From the IMG/VR virus record IMGVR_UViG_3300035180_000254: DNA of 64,000 nucleotides. One strand, written 5' to 3'. Below, one piece after another: positions 54,501 to 63,831 of the stretch (its first letter is position 1; every line of letters starts with the position of its first letter). Source of the stretch: a virus. The position numbers and the translations under genes were made by a program. The notes beneath the pieces are model-generated. The model was given only the letters and a program-made list of their open reading frames with translations, searched no databases and was not told where the DNA came from.

Positions 54501-55018
54501 TTGTTCATCTCCTCAACCCACAGGTTGTTGACGGACATGCACTGCATCACATCGTCGATGTGCATGGGTGCCATCCACTTCGTAGCGTCCACGCCCACGT
54601 CCAGGCGGTTCTTGGCCTTGTTGGACATGCCGTGGCTGTGGCCATGGAGGTGATAGCGGTACTCACGCCGCCAGCTCTCCAGCGGGTAGTGACACAGCAC
54701 GAAGCGACGCTCCTGGTCGACCTTGAGGTAGGTCAGCTCGGGTAGCACTTCGTAGAAGAGGTGCATGACCTTCTTGGCGCGTCCCAGGTCGTGATTGCCT
54801 GGCACCAGGATGATCTTGCCCTTGAGACGTTCGATCAGCTCATAGTTGCTGAAGGCCACGTCGCCTAGATGGTAAACGGTATCATTGAACTTGACCGTTT
54901 TGTTCCAGTTGTCGATCATCACCTCATTCATGTGCTCAACTGATGCGAACGGACGCTGGCAATATTGGATGATGTTGTTGTGACCGAAGTGCGTGTCGGA
55001 TATGAAGAAGATGCTCAC
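54497..55018 (-). CDS. calcineurin-like metallophosphoesterase (Ser/Thr phosphatase-like)
   Basis: Motifs ISDTHFGH, GDVAF, PGNHD and HGHSHG. Confidence 0.8.
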   Translation of the reverse strand: MSIFFISDTHFGHNNIIQYCQRPFASVEHMNEVMIDNWNKTVKFNDTVYHLGDVAFSNYELIERLKGKIILVPGNHDLGRAKKVMHLFYEVLPELTYLKVDQERRFVLCHYPLESWRREYRYHLHGHSHGMSNKAKNRLDVGVDATKWMAPMHIDDVMQCMSVNNLWVEEMNK

Positions 55019-55344
55019 GTTGCTCCCCCTTCGCGTGCTGTGATAGCGGCGTCGATGGCTTGGTCAAGTGCGTCCATGCGGTACGTGGTAAACGGCTTGA
55101 ACCGATCCCCGTACCATTCGTAGCGAACCTGCCATCCGGCACTGCTTTGCAGTGTTGCGGCAGGCGGATGACTTGGGGTAGCGCCACATGCCTCTCGCAG
55201 CCACCGATACCTTGCAGCATCCCGCCCCGACTCCTGCACGGCGGTGGCTAGGGTGGCTAGAGTGGCTAGAGTGGCTAGGGCTTCTTCGCGTTCTTCGTAG
55301 TTGGCAGTGCGCCAGCACCCTGCAAGTTGCATGATCTTGCTCAT
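55015..55344 (-). CDS. hypothetical protein containing a (LAT)4 repeat
   Basis: 109-aa ORF. LATLATLATLAT is encoded by four 9-bp repeats at 55244-55279. Confidence 0.55.
   Translation of the reverse strand: MSKIMQLAGCWRTANYEEREEALATLATLATLATAVQESGRDAARYRWLREACGATPSHPPAATLQSSAGWQVRYEWYGDRFKPFTTYRMDALDQAIDAAITAREGGAT
55244..55279. repeat. 4 x 9-bp tandem repeat (gtggctagR)
   Basis: gtggctagg gtggctaga gtggctaga gtggctagg, read directly in the sequence. Confidence 0.85.
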
Positions 55345-55526
55345 TCAGTACCCCCATAATCTGCTGCCACTGCAGCTAAAAATGCACTAACAATAATGAC
55401 AAACGTTGTGATAAGAAACTTAGTGTCTGGCATCCACGTTGTGTTCTGAATGGCAGCAGTGGAAATGGACGTAGCGATCACCAGTCCGGCTGTGCGCGCA
55501 ACACGGCCTCCGTCGATCTTGCTCAT
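55341..55526 (-). CDS. small membrane protein
   Basis: 61 aa with two hydrophobic segments. Confidence 0.5.
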   Translation of the reverse strand: MSKIDGGRVARTAGLVIATSISTAAIQNTTWMPDTKFLITTFVIIVSAFLAAVAADYGGTE

Positions 55527-55759
55527 ACTGTTCCTTTCAGTGCGGTGGTGAGGGCGGCTCTAGCTTCTGCATACAGCTTGTCAGCCTTAAATGTTGTGCT
55601 GCTATATCGCAGTTCTTCCAAAGCCTCCAGCGCCTGCTGTGCTGCTGCTCGGAGTGTTTCAAGTTCAACCTGTAAGGGATGCTTACAAGCTGCGTGCAGT
55701 GGCGGCTCTGTTGTGATGTACTTACGGCCATTGGCGTCCGTGATGATTTTCTCAGTCAT
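55523..55759 (-). CDS. hypothetical protein (tandem paralog A)
   Basis: Shares LRAAAQQALEALEEL and the C-terminal TTALKG with the next gene. Confidence 0.6.
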   Translation of the reverse strand: MTEKIITDANGRKYITTEPPLHAACKHPLQVELETLRAAAQQALEALEELRYSSTTFKADKLYAEARAALTTALKGTV

Positions 55760-56025
55760 TTCATTCCTTTCAGTGCGGTGGTGTTGATGTAGGCTTGGGC
55801 GTACTCGGCGGCGTTCAAGTCGGCACCGGGCCAGTCATCATTGGCTATATGCTTCAAAGCCTCCAACGCCTGCTCTGCTGCTGCGCGGAGTGTGGCTATC
55901 TCCGCATGCAGATCAACGGTTACTGCTGCGACGTAGACGTGGAGTTGGTCGGCGGTGTAGACGGGCTTGTGGTCATTGCCCCAGTCGCATAAAAAACCAG
56001 TTGGCTCTGGCAGTGGTGTGGTCAT
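55756..56025 (-). CDS. hypothetical protein (tandem paralog B)
   Basis: LRAAAEQALEALKHI and NTTALKG. The DNA block cctttcagtgcggtggtg is repeated at both gene ends. Confidence 0.6.
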   Translation of the reverse strand: MTTPLPEPTGFLCDWGNDHKPVYTADQLHVYVAAVTVDLHAEIATLRAAAEQALEALKHIANDDWPGADLNAAEYAQAYINTTALKGMK

Positions 56026-56028
56026 AGA

Positions 56029-56281
<253 letters not shown>

Positions 56282-56298
<17 letters not shown>

Positions 56299-56656
56299 CA
56301 ATAGACTCCTTGGCTACCGTGCTGCATGGGATCAACTCACACACGCCTATCAACGCAATCTCAGGATTAACTACGTCGATCTTGCAGTCGGGTTGCACGC
56401 CAGTCTGAGCGACACCAGACAGCGCAATACCGTCTTTTGCTTTCCATGACCACAGGCGGCGAGAGTCTTTCAAGATTACGTTTTCACCATCCACGCTCAC
56501 GACTTCACCGGCATGGACTCCTGCGGCGTAGCAACGTGCAATGACGTACTTTCCGACAAAGGGGTGTCGCGTGGTTTGTGCAGGTTGCGCAACGGTTCCA
56601 TTTACAAGTGCTGCGATTTCGCGGATTTGCTTGAGTGTCAGTTCTTCGATGTTCAT
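56282..56656 (-). CDS. hypothetical protein
   Basis: AAGGAAAATGAA ATG start at 56656; the track start at 56740 lies in poor context. Confidence 0.6.
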
Positions 56657-56697
56657 TTCATTTTCCTTGGTTAAAATAGTTGGAAGTGGTGTAGTGG

Positions 56698-56877
56698 TCA
56701 CGGTGTCTGTTCTTTTACTTGTCGCGTCCACTGTACCCACGTTTCTGCGTCAAACAGCCACACATAGTTTTGACCTAACTCTTGGGCGCGGTCGTCAGCG
56801 CCAAAGAAGTCCTCATGCTCACCGAGGTACACGATGTTGTCGCCATCGGTGAGTCCGTACCATTTACGCGAGTTCAT
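56698..56877 (-). CDS. small hypothetical protein (59 aa)
   Basis: GGAGGTG RBS before the ATG at 56877. MNSRKWYGLTDGDNIVYLGEHEDFFG... Confidence 0.5.
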   Translation of the reverse strand: MNSRKWYGLTDGDNIVYLGEHEDFFGADDRAQELGQNYVWLFDAETWVQWTRQVKEQTP

Positions 56878-57241
56878 CAGGCACCTCCACTTCATCGCCC
56901 AGCTTTGAGGCCACGTAACAGCGCAGCCCGGCGACCAGTTCGGACTTATCGCACTGCATGTGCTCGTTCTCGCCTGAGTAGTTGTATCCGTCATATGCAA
57001 TCCACAGACCTGAGTGGTCAATGGTGCGACTGATGTGTTCACGGGTCAGAATTGGCCCGCCTTGTGCCCAGTCGGTGGAGTAGGGTGGTGCCTTTTTGGA
57101 ATACTTCGGCATTTCGTTGTCTGCGCTAGGCCAAATCCAGAACGCATCACGCACTGACGGGCCTTCGTAGATGCCGCCTTCACACCTCGCAACCGCCCAA
57201 TCAAGGGCTTGATCTTTCAGTTCAGATGTTTTGATTTTCAT
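56864..57241 (-). CDS. DUF2591 (NinX-like) phage protein
   Basis: The N-terminal LKDQALDWAVARCEG pattern is typical of the DUF2591 family, as I recall it. Confidence 0.55.
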   Translation of the reverse strand: MKIKTSELKDQALDWAVARCEGGIYEGPSVRDAFWIWPSADNEMPKYSKKAPPYSTDWAQGGPILTREHISRTIDHSGLWIAYDGYNYSGENEHMQCDKSELVAGLRCYVASKLGDEVEVPDELA

Positions 57242-57474
57242 TTCCGATTCATCAATTCGTACGTCCCGCGCGAGTTCGTGAACTCGTCGTGGAAGCGGCT
57301 GATCACCTCTTCAGTCAGCTCCTCGTCGCTGGCGTTATTCAGCAGGAACGCAGGGAACTGGGTGAAGTCGGGCTCGGGCGGCTGGGCTGCGCGGTCCACC
57401 AGGAAGGCGATCAGGCAGATGAGCACTGTCACCACGACGATGGCGACGATCCAGAGGTTGTTTACGTAGTCCAT
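57238..57474 (-). CDS. small membrane protein
   Basis: N-terminal TM LWIVAIVVVTVLICLIAFLV. Confidence 0.55.
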   Translation of the reverse strand: MDYVNNLWIVAIVVVTVLICLIAFLVDRAAQPPEPDFTQFPAFLLNNASDEELTEEVISRFHDEFTNSRGTYELMNRK

Positions 57475-57770
57475 ACAGGTGCCTTTCTATCGCCATGCCA
57501 GGCGTTCCATAGGGTGTCGCTGGCCTTGCGGCGTATGTGAGATTTGGGTTTACGGAACTGCTGAAGGACCGTGATGCCTGACACCTTGCTCAGGGCACGC
57601 ATGATCCGACCGCAGTCAATGCAGTGGTCGTAGCGTCTACGACCGTGGTCGTGTTTGTTGAACGACAGAGACGGTTTGCTCTCGCCGCAGCAGATGCACT
57701 GGCGCAGCTTGACCTCACGTCTCAGGTTCGCTAAAGACTTAGAGGTCGGTGCCATTTCACGGACGTGCAT
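57462..57770 (-). CDS. zinc-ribbon protein
   Basis: CICCG...x23...CIDCG, in a basic protein of 102 aa. Confidence 0.55.
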   Translation of the reverse strand: MHVREMAPTSKSLANLRREVKLRQCICCGESKPSLSFNKHDHGRRRYDHCIDCGRIMRALSKVSGITVLQQFRKPKSHIRRKASDTLWNAWHGDRKAPVWTT

Positions 57771-58278
57771 CCACGAAGGCCACCAGCTTGTCGATATCAG
57801 CCTGGGTATCGGCGATCACCTTCAGCAGCTTGGCGGGCTTGGCCTTGATCTTATTCAGAGTTTCGATCTGGGCTTCCAGTTGGCCGATCTTTCGAAAGAT
57901 GTCGCCGTCGCTGAGCGTGGCAGCGTCAGCACCGGCGATGAAGGTTTTGGTTTCGATGACGGGGGTCTTTTCGGACATGGTGGTTTCTTCCTTGAGGTTG
58001 TCGTAGATTTCTTTGGTGGTTTGGACGCTGGTCGGTTTACCGACGTGGTAATACTTCATGGTGCCGACATCAAAGGCGACCAGTCGGAGGTAGCTCAGCT
58101 TGCTGATCACGCCGTCGGCGGGACGCTGCAGTTTCTCAGCCATCTCTTTGAGAGAGCTGCCCATAAAGTACAGCTCTTTGAGTGCGTGCAGCTCTACGCT
58201 TGTCCAGATCTTTCCGTGCCGGGCACGGATGATGTTGTCGTTATGTCCGAAGGACGTGTCAAATGTTTCTTGGGTCAT
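57757..58278 (-). CDS. putative DNA-binding protein (Myb/GcrA-like HTH at the N-terminus)
   Basis: WTSVELHALKELYFMGSSLKEMAEKLQRPADGVISK pattern, with a coiled-coil C-terminus. Confidence 0.45.
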   Translation of the reverse strand: MTQETFDTSFGHNDNIIRARHGKIWTSVELHALKELYFMGSSLKEMAEKLQRPADGVISKLSYLRLVAFDVGTMKYYHVGKPTSVQTTKEIYDNLKEETTMSEKTPVIETKTFIAGADAATLSDGDIFRKIGQLEAQIETLNKIKAKPAKLLKVIADTQADIDKLVAFVDARP

Positions 58279-58736
58279 GCTGTACCACTCAAGAGTTGTT
58301 GAAGTTGCTTGAACCGCTCACTTTGCTTCTCAGCAGTGGTGAACTGTTCTTCGATCTCGACTGCGCAGCTGTCCAAGTCATCGGCCAGGTTGCGCAGGCG
58401 TGCGGCCAGGTCGCCAATCTTATCGAGCGGTGACTTGACCGGTGTGGGTTTGGGTGCTGTAGTTGGTGTGACCATGGCTGTAGGTTTCTCCGGTTTAACT
58501 GGTGCGCGCGAGTAGGCGCTGGGTTTGCTGCCACGTTCCAACACGAGGCCCGCATCGGTCAGGTGCCGCAGGCATCCTTGCAGCGTGCGGAAGTCGGGGA
58601 TCATGTTGGTGCGTGCCAGCTCGGCCTGAATCTGCTGCGGTGTCCACATCTCTTGGATAGGCACCGCTGCGTAGACCTTCTTGGCTGTTGCTGTCATGCC
58701 GTTAATGAGCGACTTGAAGCGGGCCTGGGGCATCAT
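58275..58736 (-). CDS. putative winged-helix DNA-binding protein
   Basis: TATAKKVYAAV...QIQAELAR...LRHLTDAGLVLE resembles a wHTH recognition region. Confidence 0.45.
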   Translation of the reverse strand: MMPQARFKSLINGMTATAKKVYAAVPIQEMWTPQQIQAELARTNMIPDFRTLQGCLRHLTDAGLVLERGSKPSAYSRAPVKPEKPTAMVTPTTAPKPTPVKSPLDKIGDLAARLRNLADDLDSCAVEIEEQFTTAEKQSERFKQLQQLLSGTA

Positions 58737-58915
58737 GGCTTAGGCTCCTTCACGACGTGTGCGATGGGCATGCACAGCGGCGTGAGCTTTTCGATTGCCC
58801 ATTCGAGCGCTGCGATTTCTGATTTGTCCCACGTGTTGTCGTAGGGCCTGGCACGCAGGAATTCGACGCGTCGGCGCATCGTGCGTAGGTGCTTGGCTGG
58901 ACCTGCTCCGCTCAT
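58733..58915 (-). CDS. hypothetical protein
   Basis: 60-aa ORF. Confidence 0.5.
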   Translation of the reverse strand: MSGAGPAKHLRTMRRRVEFLRARPYDNTWDKSEIAALEWAIEKLTPLCMPIAHVVKEPKP

Positions 58916-58922
58916 ATGAGTT

Positions 58923-59102
58923 TCATCCGATCTGTTTTAGAGTTAAGAATTGTACACGCCGCGAAGCCGTGCGAACGAGAACTGAGCACTGGCGTACGAA
59001 CCGGTCGTGGCTTGGGTAAGCGCAGTCATGGCTGTCTACAACGGCGTAATAACGTGGAGCACAACCCGTGCCCTCACGCACAGGGATCATGACGAGCTTC
59101 AT
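58923..59102 (-). CDS. small hypothetical protein (59 aa, below the track threshold)
   Basis: GGGAGG RBS 5 nt before the ATG at 59102. MKLVMIPVREGTGCAPRYYAVVDSHDCAYPSHDRF... Confidence 0.4.
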   Translation of the reverse strand: MKLVMIPVREGTGCAPRYYAVVDSHDCAYPSHDRFVRQCSVLVRTASRRVQFLTLKQIG

Positions 59103-59140
59103 CCGAGCCTCCCACGTAGCCGTGCTTTCAGTGCATCATG

Positions 59141-61519
59141 TCACTTCACCTTTGTCTTCTTCGCTACCGGGAAGTGGTCAGCGATGTATTTGTGGAAGTT
59201 ATTGGTGTCCTTCCACTGCACGCTCAGGCCGTTCACTGACTTGTTGTTCACCCACACGACCTTGGTGTGGACGCGGTGGTGTTTGAGCAGTGAGGTGAAC
59301 TTGTTGGGCGAGACTGGGATGTTGCCCACCACATACTCGAAGATCACACGCAGCTCGTCACGTGCGATGTTGCACTTGCCATCAGGCGCCGTGCGGCCGA
59401 TCAGATTAGCGATCACCTCACGGTAGTCCTCCACCTTGTTGGACATCATCGCGTTGCGTGTGTAGCTCTGGTCGGTAGGCAGCTGGTCAATGAAGAAGCC
59501 GAAGTTACCGTCCAGCATGGCGCTTGCCACCGTGTCGATGGACGACTCGGAGATGGAGATCATGGTGTCGCGGTCGGTGGTATGGATCACCTCGCCAGCC
59601 TTGGCCTCGTCCAGGGAGTAGGACAGCAGGTAGTCGTGAAACGCTTGCAGCTCCTTCTCGATGGTCTCCAGTTCCTTGTCGCTGATCGCCAACTTGCCAG
59701 GCTGGTAAGCACCGACGTTGAAGCGGCGGTCATTCTTGTCGATCAGCACCGGGTCTGTCATGTTGGACATGAGAATCCAGTTGCTGTAATTGCGTGCTTC
59801 CATGGCGTTGCTGTACATAGCGCGCATGGGGACGAACTGCTCGGTGATGAAGTTCTTGAGCTTGGCCATGACGCCCTTCTCGTTTTGCAGTGCCTTGATC
59901 TGCACCTCATCCACGAACACCAGCAGCGAGTTCTCCATGAACTGGTTGTACTTGTCACCCAACTCCTCCATCCGGCGGCTAGCTACGTGAGCTGCACCGA
60001 ACAGAGGGCGCAGGATGTTGTTGGTCAGGATGCCCTTGCCAGTCCCTTGGGTGCCATGCAGTACCCATGCTGTCTTGGTGCGGTCGCGCTTCTGGAGCAC
60101 GAATGCGGTCCAGTTGAGGAAGTGCTCAGTCACATCCACATCCAGGCCCAGCGCATGGTGCAAGACCTTGAAGATGGTGGGTGGGCACTTGGTCACCTTG
60201 CGTGCTGTTGCCTTCATATAGGGGCTAGGCACGAACTTGTTGATGGTTTTGTTGGCTACATCGACCCGGACGTTATCCATTGGGTCAAAGACCAGGTCCC
60301 ACTCAGGTATGTAGTCACCCAGTGGTACACCGTACTGGAGAGCGAAGTGTCGCAGCTGGGTTTCGTTTTTGGCTGGTGTGATGTCGAGGACATCGGAAGT
60401 GTTGTCATAAGTACCACGGTAATACACACCAGACTTGCGGTCACAGAAAGCCAGATAAGTAATGCCCGAACTTGACGTGCGAAGATTTCCTGACGAGGTG
60501 ATCTGCAGCCAGTAGTCGGGGAGCAGTTCTTTGGTGAGGTAGCTTGGTTCCCCCTTAAACGAGTGGATGTAGTCCGGGCGATCTTCCGGGTGGTAGTACG
60601 CCCAGGAATCACCACCGTTCAGATTGAAGTAGACGAAGCCGCGTTCCGTCTTCATCTCGGTGATGGATGCCTCGTCCGGCTTGAGCATGACCTCGGCATT
60701 GCCCACGATCTTGTAGGAGAACTTGCGCTTGGGCAGGAATGCTGCCTCACGCAGTTCAGCGATGCGGTCATGGCTGAGCTTCTTGTTCTTCTCGGTGGTG
60801 TTGATAGCACTGGCGAGTGCCAGCGTGTCGTACTTGCGTTTCTCCAGCTTGATACGTGGGTTCTTGCCCATCGGGTCCTTGATGCCTTTGAGGATGGGAG
60901 GCGCGATATAGATCAGCTTGTCGTTCTGGCATGCGCTCACATCCAGTGGCCAGGAGAGGGAGTTGCCAGTCTTGGTGAGCGTCATGGCTTCACGCAACAT
61001 GGGCACTTCGTGGTTCTTCTGGATCAGCCACTGCTTGATCAGCGGTGCGGTGTAGGCCTTGTCCAGCATCATGAAGACGTGGGCACGTATCTTCTTGTCA
61101 GAGACACCATATGAGGCAGACCACTGAACGATATATGAAATGTCTTCGAGACCGAGTTCCTTGAGGAACAGGTCAATAGTGAGCGGGGTGCTGAGTGTTT
61201 GTCCACCAGGTGTGGTCACGGTGATGTGCTCGGGCAGTCCGTCCAGGTCCAACACAAGCCACTCGGTGGGATCGTTGGTGTTGGTACTACCTGCACGAGA
61301 CTCTTTCACGAGGTCACGTGAGATGCTGCCCTTGAGCACACAGTTGCCACGCGCTGCGTGCTTGCTCAATAGGGACTCAAACTGGGTGAGGTTGTTAGCC
61401 ACTTCACGGTGGCTGGTGAACTCCCAGGTCATGGGATATGGAGTCTTTGTCAGGTCTCCGTTCACTTTTGAATATTGCTTGGTCAGAGGCTGGTCTGCCT
61501 GCAGAAACACGAGGTTCAT
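59141..61519 (-). CDS. bifunctional AEP primase-polymerase / SF3 (D5-like) helicase
   Basis: N-terminal WLVLDLDG (DxD) and IRAHVFM (His motif). Helicase Walker A HGTQGTGKG in the C-terminal half. 792 aa. Confidence 0.8.
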   Translation of the reverse strand: MNLVFLQADQPLTKQYSKVNGDLTKTPYPMTWEFTSHREVANNLTQFESLLSKHAARGNCVLKGSISRDLVKESRAGSTNTNDPTEWLVLDLDGLPEHITVTTPGGQTLSTPLTIDLFLKELGLEDISYIVQWSASYGVSDKKIRAHVFMMLDKAYTAPLIKQWLIQKNHEVPMLREAMTLTKTGNSLSWPLDVSACQNDKLIYIAPPILKGIKDPMGKNPRIKLEKRKYDTLALASAINTTEKNKKLSHDRIAELREAAFLPKRKFSYKIVGNAEVMLKPDEASITEMKTERGFVYFNLNGGDSWAYYHPEDRPDYIHSFKGEPSYLTKELLPDYWLQITSSGNLRTSSSGITYLAFCDRKSGVYYRGTYDNTSDVLDITPAKNETQLRHFALQYGVPLGDYIPEWDLVFDPMDNVRVDVANKTINKFVPSPYMKATARKVTKCPPTIFKVLHHALGLDVDVTEHFLNWTAFVLQKRDRTKTAWVLHGTQGTGKGILTNNILRPLFGAAHVASRRMEELGDKYNQFMENSLLVFVDEVQIKALQNEKGVMAKLKNFITEQFVPMRAMYSNAMEARNYSNWILMSNMTDPVLIDKNDRRFNVGAYQPGKLAISDKELETIEKELQAFHDYLLSYSLDEAKAGEVIHTTDRDTMISISESSIDTVASAMLDGNFGFFIDQLPTDQSYTRNAMMSNKVEDYREVIANLIGRTAPDGKCNIARDELRVIFEYVVGNIPVSPNKFTSLLKHHRVHTKVVWVNNKSVNGLSVQWKDTNNFHKYIADHFPVAKKTKVK

Positions 61520-61616
61520 GATGTCCTTTCAGAAAGAGGGAGTCTACACTGTCTAAAACAGAGCTTAGAGCTATAAGCGTAAGACCAGATCAAAAGACCC
61601 ATTCTCCTCTGTAATA

Positions 61617-61711
61617 CTATATACCTTATACTCTTATACTTATATTCTTATCTTATCAATTAGATATTATTATTTTAGTAGTACTAAGTAGATAAAAACC
61701 TATATAGAGAT
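61617..61711 (-). repeat. AT-rich island, right copy of the inverted pair (partner 31341-31435)
   Basis: The reverse complement reads ATCTCTATATAGG...TCTACTTAGTACTA...TAATTGATAA...TATAAGTATAAG...GTATATAG. It lies about 100 nt upstream of the primase-helicase start. Confidence 0.8.
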
Positions 61712-61777
61712 GGAGCCAAGCCCAAAGCCCAAGGTACACTAATTCGTACTCCGTCATTTGCCTAAGTTTTAAGCAGC

Positions 61778-61806
61778 GAGGTTGAAGGCAAGCTGCCCTC
61801 AACCTC
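61778..61806 (-). terminator. strong hairpin (13-position stem with one mismatch, 3-nt loop)
   Basis: gaggttgaaggca agc tgccctcaacctc. Confidence 0.4.
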
Positions 61807-61884
61807 ACCCACTTAGCACCTAACAGTAGCTCGCAAGAGTTCAACCCACTTGGGTATCACCCAACCGTTTGCAGTTAGCGTGGC

Positions 61885-61914
61885 GAACAAGTCTTCGAGC
61901 ACGTAGACTTGTTC
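61885..61914 (-). terminator. strong hairpin (perfect 10-bp stem) just downstream of the 61940-62875 gene
   Basis: gaacaagtct (61885-61894) pairs with agacttgttc (61905-61914). There is no U-tract. Confidence 0.45.
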
Positions 61915-61939
61915 CTCACTCATGTGATGCAGCAACACA

Positions 61940-62875
61940 TCAGCTCTCGAACTTGGCGATCATCGCATCGAGCGCATCCATCAAGTCGAACGCTTCCACG
62001 GTCAGCATCGCATACGCTGCAGTGGTCACGCCCTTCCAGTTGGCGAGCTTGACGACAGCACGCTCAGCAGCTGCCTTGACCTGCTGCGTCATACGCACCT
62101 GCAAATCCTTGCCGAGTTCGTGGAACGCAACTTCAGCGAACTCATTGCGGTACTCAGCGACGTTGAAGATGGACACGACCGCAGGTGCGGTGAGCACCTT
62201 GGTCTTGTGCTGGTTCGTGTAGGTGTTGGCCTGCTGCTTGATCAGCAGCTGGTGAACAGTCTCGAAGCGCTCAGGGTTCTTGCGCGTCATTGCCTTGGCC
62301 AACGTCTCCAGATTGAGTGACGTGTCCTCGTTGAGCGTGCGCGGCTTCTCGCTAGCCATCAGCTCTTCGAGCGTACGCGGTGCGTACTTCGTGCCCACAA
62401 CCTTGGCTGCGGTCTCAGCCTTGTCGTGCCACTGCGTACGCAGCACGAGCAGCATGCTCAGGCTACGCAATGTGCCAGTGTTCTCCTCAAAGCCGAGGTC
62501 CACGTTGTAGGACTCATTGGCCTTGATCTCAGCGATGTCGTTGATGAACTCGTTGAAGTCATCAATCGAATCAGCCTTGGTGGCACGCATGCGGTAGAAC
62601 AGGTCACGCGCTTGCGAGATGCACTGCATGTCCAGTGCCCAAGCCACGGACTGACGCAGTTCGTACTTGAGATGCGAGTTAGCGATCTCGTCGATCAGGT
62701 CCTGCGGATCGAAGAACGTATTGCGGGATTCAACCTGGCGGCGGGTGATCTCCTCAGCAGCAGCGCCACGCGAGGTGACGCTGCCTTCGAAGATCACTTT
62801 GTCGCCATCGTCAGCACCTTCGGTGTCGAGTTGGTTGCGGATGATGTCAGCGGATTCGCGGTTGAGAACTTGCAT
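61940..62875 (-). CDS. hypothetical early protein
   Basis: 311-aa ORF. Confidence 0.65.
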   Translation of the reverse strand: MQVLNRESADIIRNQLDTEGADDGDKVIFEGSVTSRGAAAEEITRRQVESRNTFFDPQDLIDEIANSHLKYELRQSVAWALDMQCISQARDLFYRMRATKADSIDDFNEFINDIAEIKANESYNVDLGFEENTGTLRSLSMLLVLRTQWHDKAETAAKVVGTKYAPRTLEELMASEKPRTLNEDTSLNLETLAKAMTRKNPERFETVHQLLIKQQANTYTNQHKTKVLTAPAVVSIFNVAEYRNEFAEVAFHELGKDLQVRMTQQVKAAAERAVVKLANWKGVTTAAYAMLTVEAFDLMDALDAMIAKFES

Positions 62876-63072
62876 AGTAAAACTCCAGTTTGGTTAAGGG
62901 AAACATTAGGATTGCTGGTTACGGTTCCAGCGTGCTATGGGTCGCACCGACGAGTGGTCGCAGAGCCGAGACCCAACCTCAGCTCTTGTGTCGTTAACCC
63001 AGACACACAACCCCCTAGCTCTTGGCATCGCGGTGTTGGGGCTTGCATACACCCGCAAGCTAGGCTCTAGGT

Positions 63073-63100
63073 GCATGCAGGAATTGGATGTCCTGCATGC
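63073..63100 (-). terminator. hairpin (perfect 10-bp stem) 5 nt after the stop of 63105-63284
   Basis: gcatgcagga (63073-63082) pairs with tcctgcatgc (63091-63100). Confidence 0.45.
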
Positions 63101-63104
63101 AATA

Positions 63105-63284
63105 TCAACAACGACACAAACGCAGCGTGCCGTGCAAACGCTGGTGTGCTTCCATGAAGGTGAGACCGAACTCCTCCATGAGTTGAATCTCACGCAGCTC
63201 CAATGCCTCTTCGGGCGTGGGCAGCGGGCTAGCTACCTCAGTGAGTTCGAGGCACATAGCCTCGTAAGAAACTTCTTCGAACAT
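63105..63284 (-). CDS. small hypothetical protein (59 aa, below the track threshold)
   Basis: AAGGAG RBS before the ATG at 63284. MFEEVSYEAMCLELTEVASPLPTPEEALELREIQLMEEFGLTFMEAHQRLHGTLRLCRC. Confidence 0.5.
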   Translation of the reverse strand: MFEEVSYEAMCLELTEVASPLPTPEEALELREIQLMEEFGLTFMEAHQRLHGTLRLCRC

Positions 63285-63322
63285 GCTTACTCCTTGTGGA
63301 TGAACATAGATAGGTAGTTGAG

Positions 63323-63346
63323 ACAGACGCTGTACTCAGCGTCTGT
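63323..63346 (-). terminator. hairpin (perfect 10-bp stem, tact loop)
   Basis: acagacgctg pairs with cagcgtctgt. Confidence 0.4.
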
Positions 63347-63542
63347 GGATTTAGGTGAGCGAAACGAGCACGTATGTCCACGTGTCGTAGCCCACTCGAC
63401 ATGATTCGATTCGGATGAACCGAGCAGCCGCGTGACCTAGCTGTTAGCTTTGAGGATCACGGCGCACTCAGCAAGATGACAACGAGAGCGAACGCAATGC
63501 AGATGCAAGCGTCCACAACGATACGGTCGTGGTGGTGCATGG

Positions 63543-63827
63543 TTACTTAGCTCCAAGGTTAAAGAAGCCGCGCACATACTTGCCGGTCTTCTTGTCGTTG
63601 TAGCCATACAGCTTGCGTCCTATGCTGAGTGCACCGGACACAGTAGCTGCACCGATGCCCGCGATGACGAGTGCTTGTCCACTTCCACCGTGCAAGATGC
63701 ACAGGAAAATGAACACGCAAATATCAACGATCACGGGGTTGGAAAGCAGTCGAAGCTTCCATTTGACGGACATCTTCGCCATGATCATCAGCAGACCAAT
63801 TCCAATGGTTACGCCTTCAGCAAACAT
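63543..63827 (-). CDS. membrane protein
   Basis: Probable start MFAEGVTIGIGLLMIMA at 63827, just after the upstream stop. Three hydrophobic segments. Confidence 0.55.
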   Translation of the reverse strand: MFAEGVTIGIGLLMIMAKMSVKWKLRLLSNPVIVDICVFIFLCILHGGSGQALVIAGIGAATVSGALSIGRKLYGYNDKKTGKYVRGFFNLGAK

Positions 63828-63831
63828 GGCT

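Noticed and set aside
61656-61844. The 62-aa minus-strand ORF crossing the right AT island.
   Set aside because: It runs through the AT-rich repeat and hairpin region, has no RBS and has odd composition, so it is most likely non-coding.
62876-63104. A tRNA or small RNA in the 230-bp ORF-free gap.
   Set aside because: I could not fold a cloverleaf or find conserved tRNA boxes by eye. Only the terminator-like hairpin at 63073-63100 is convincing.
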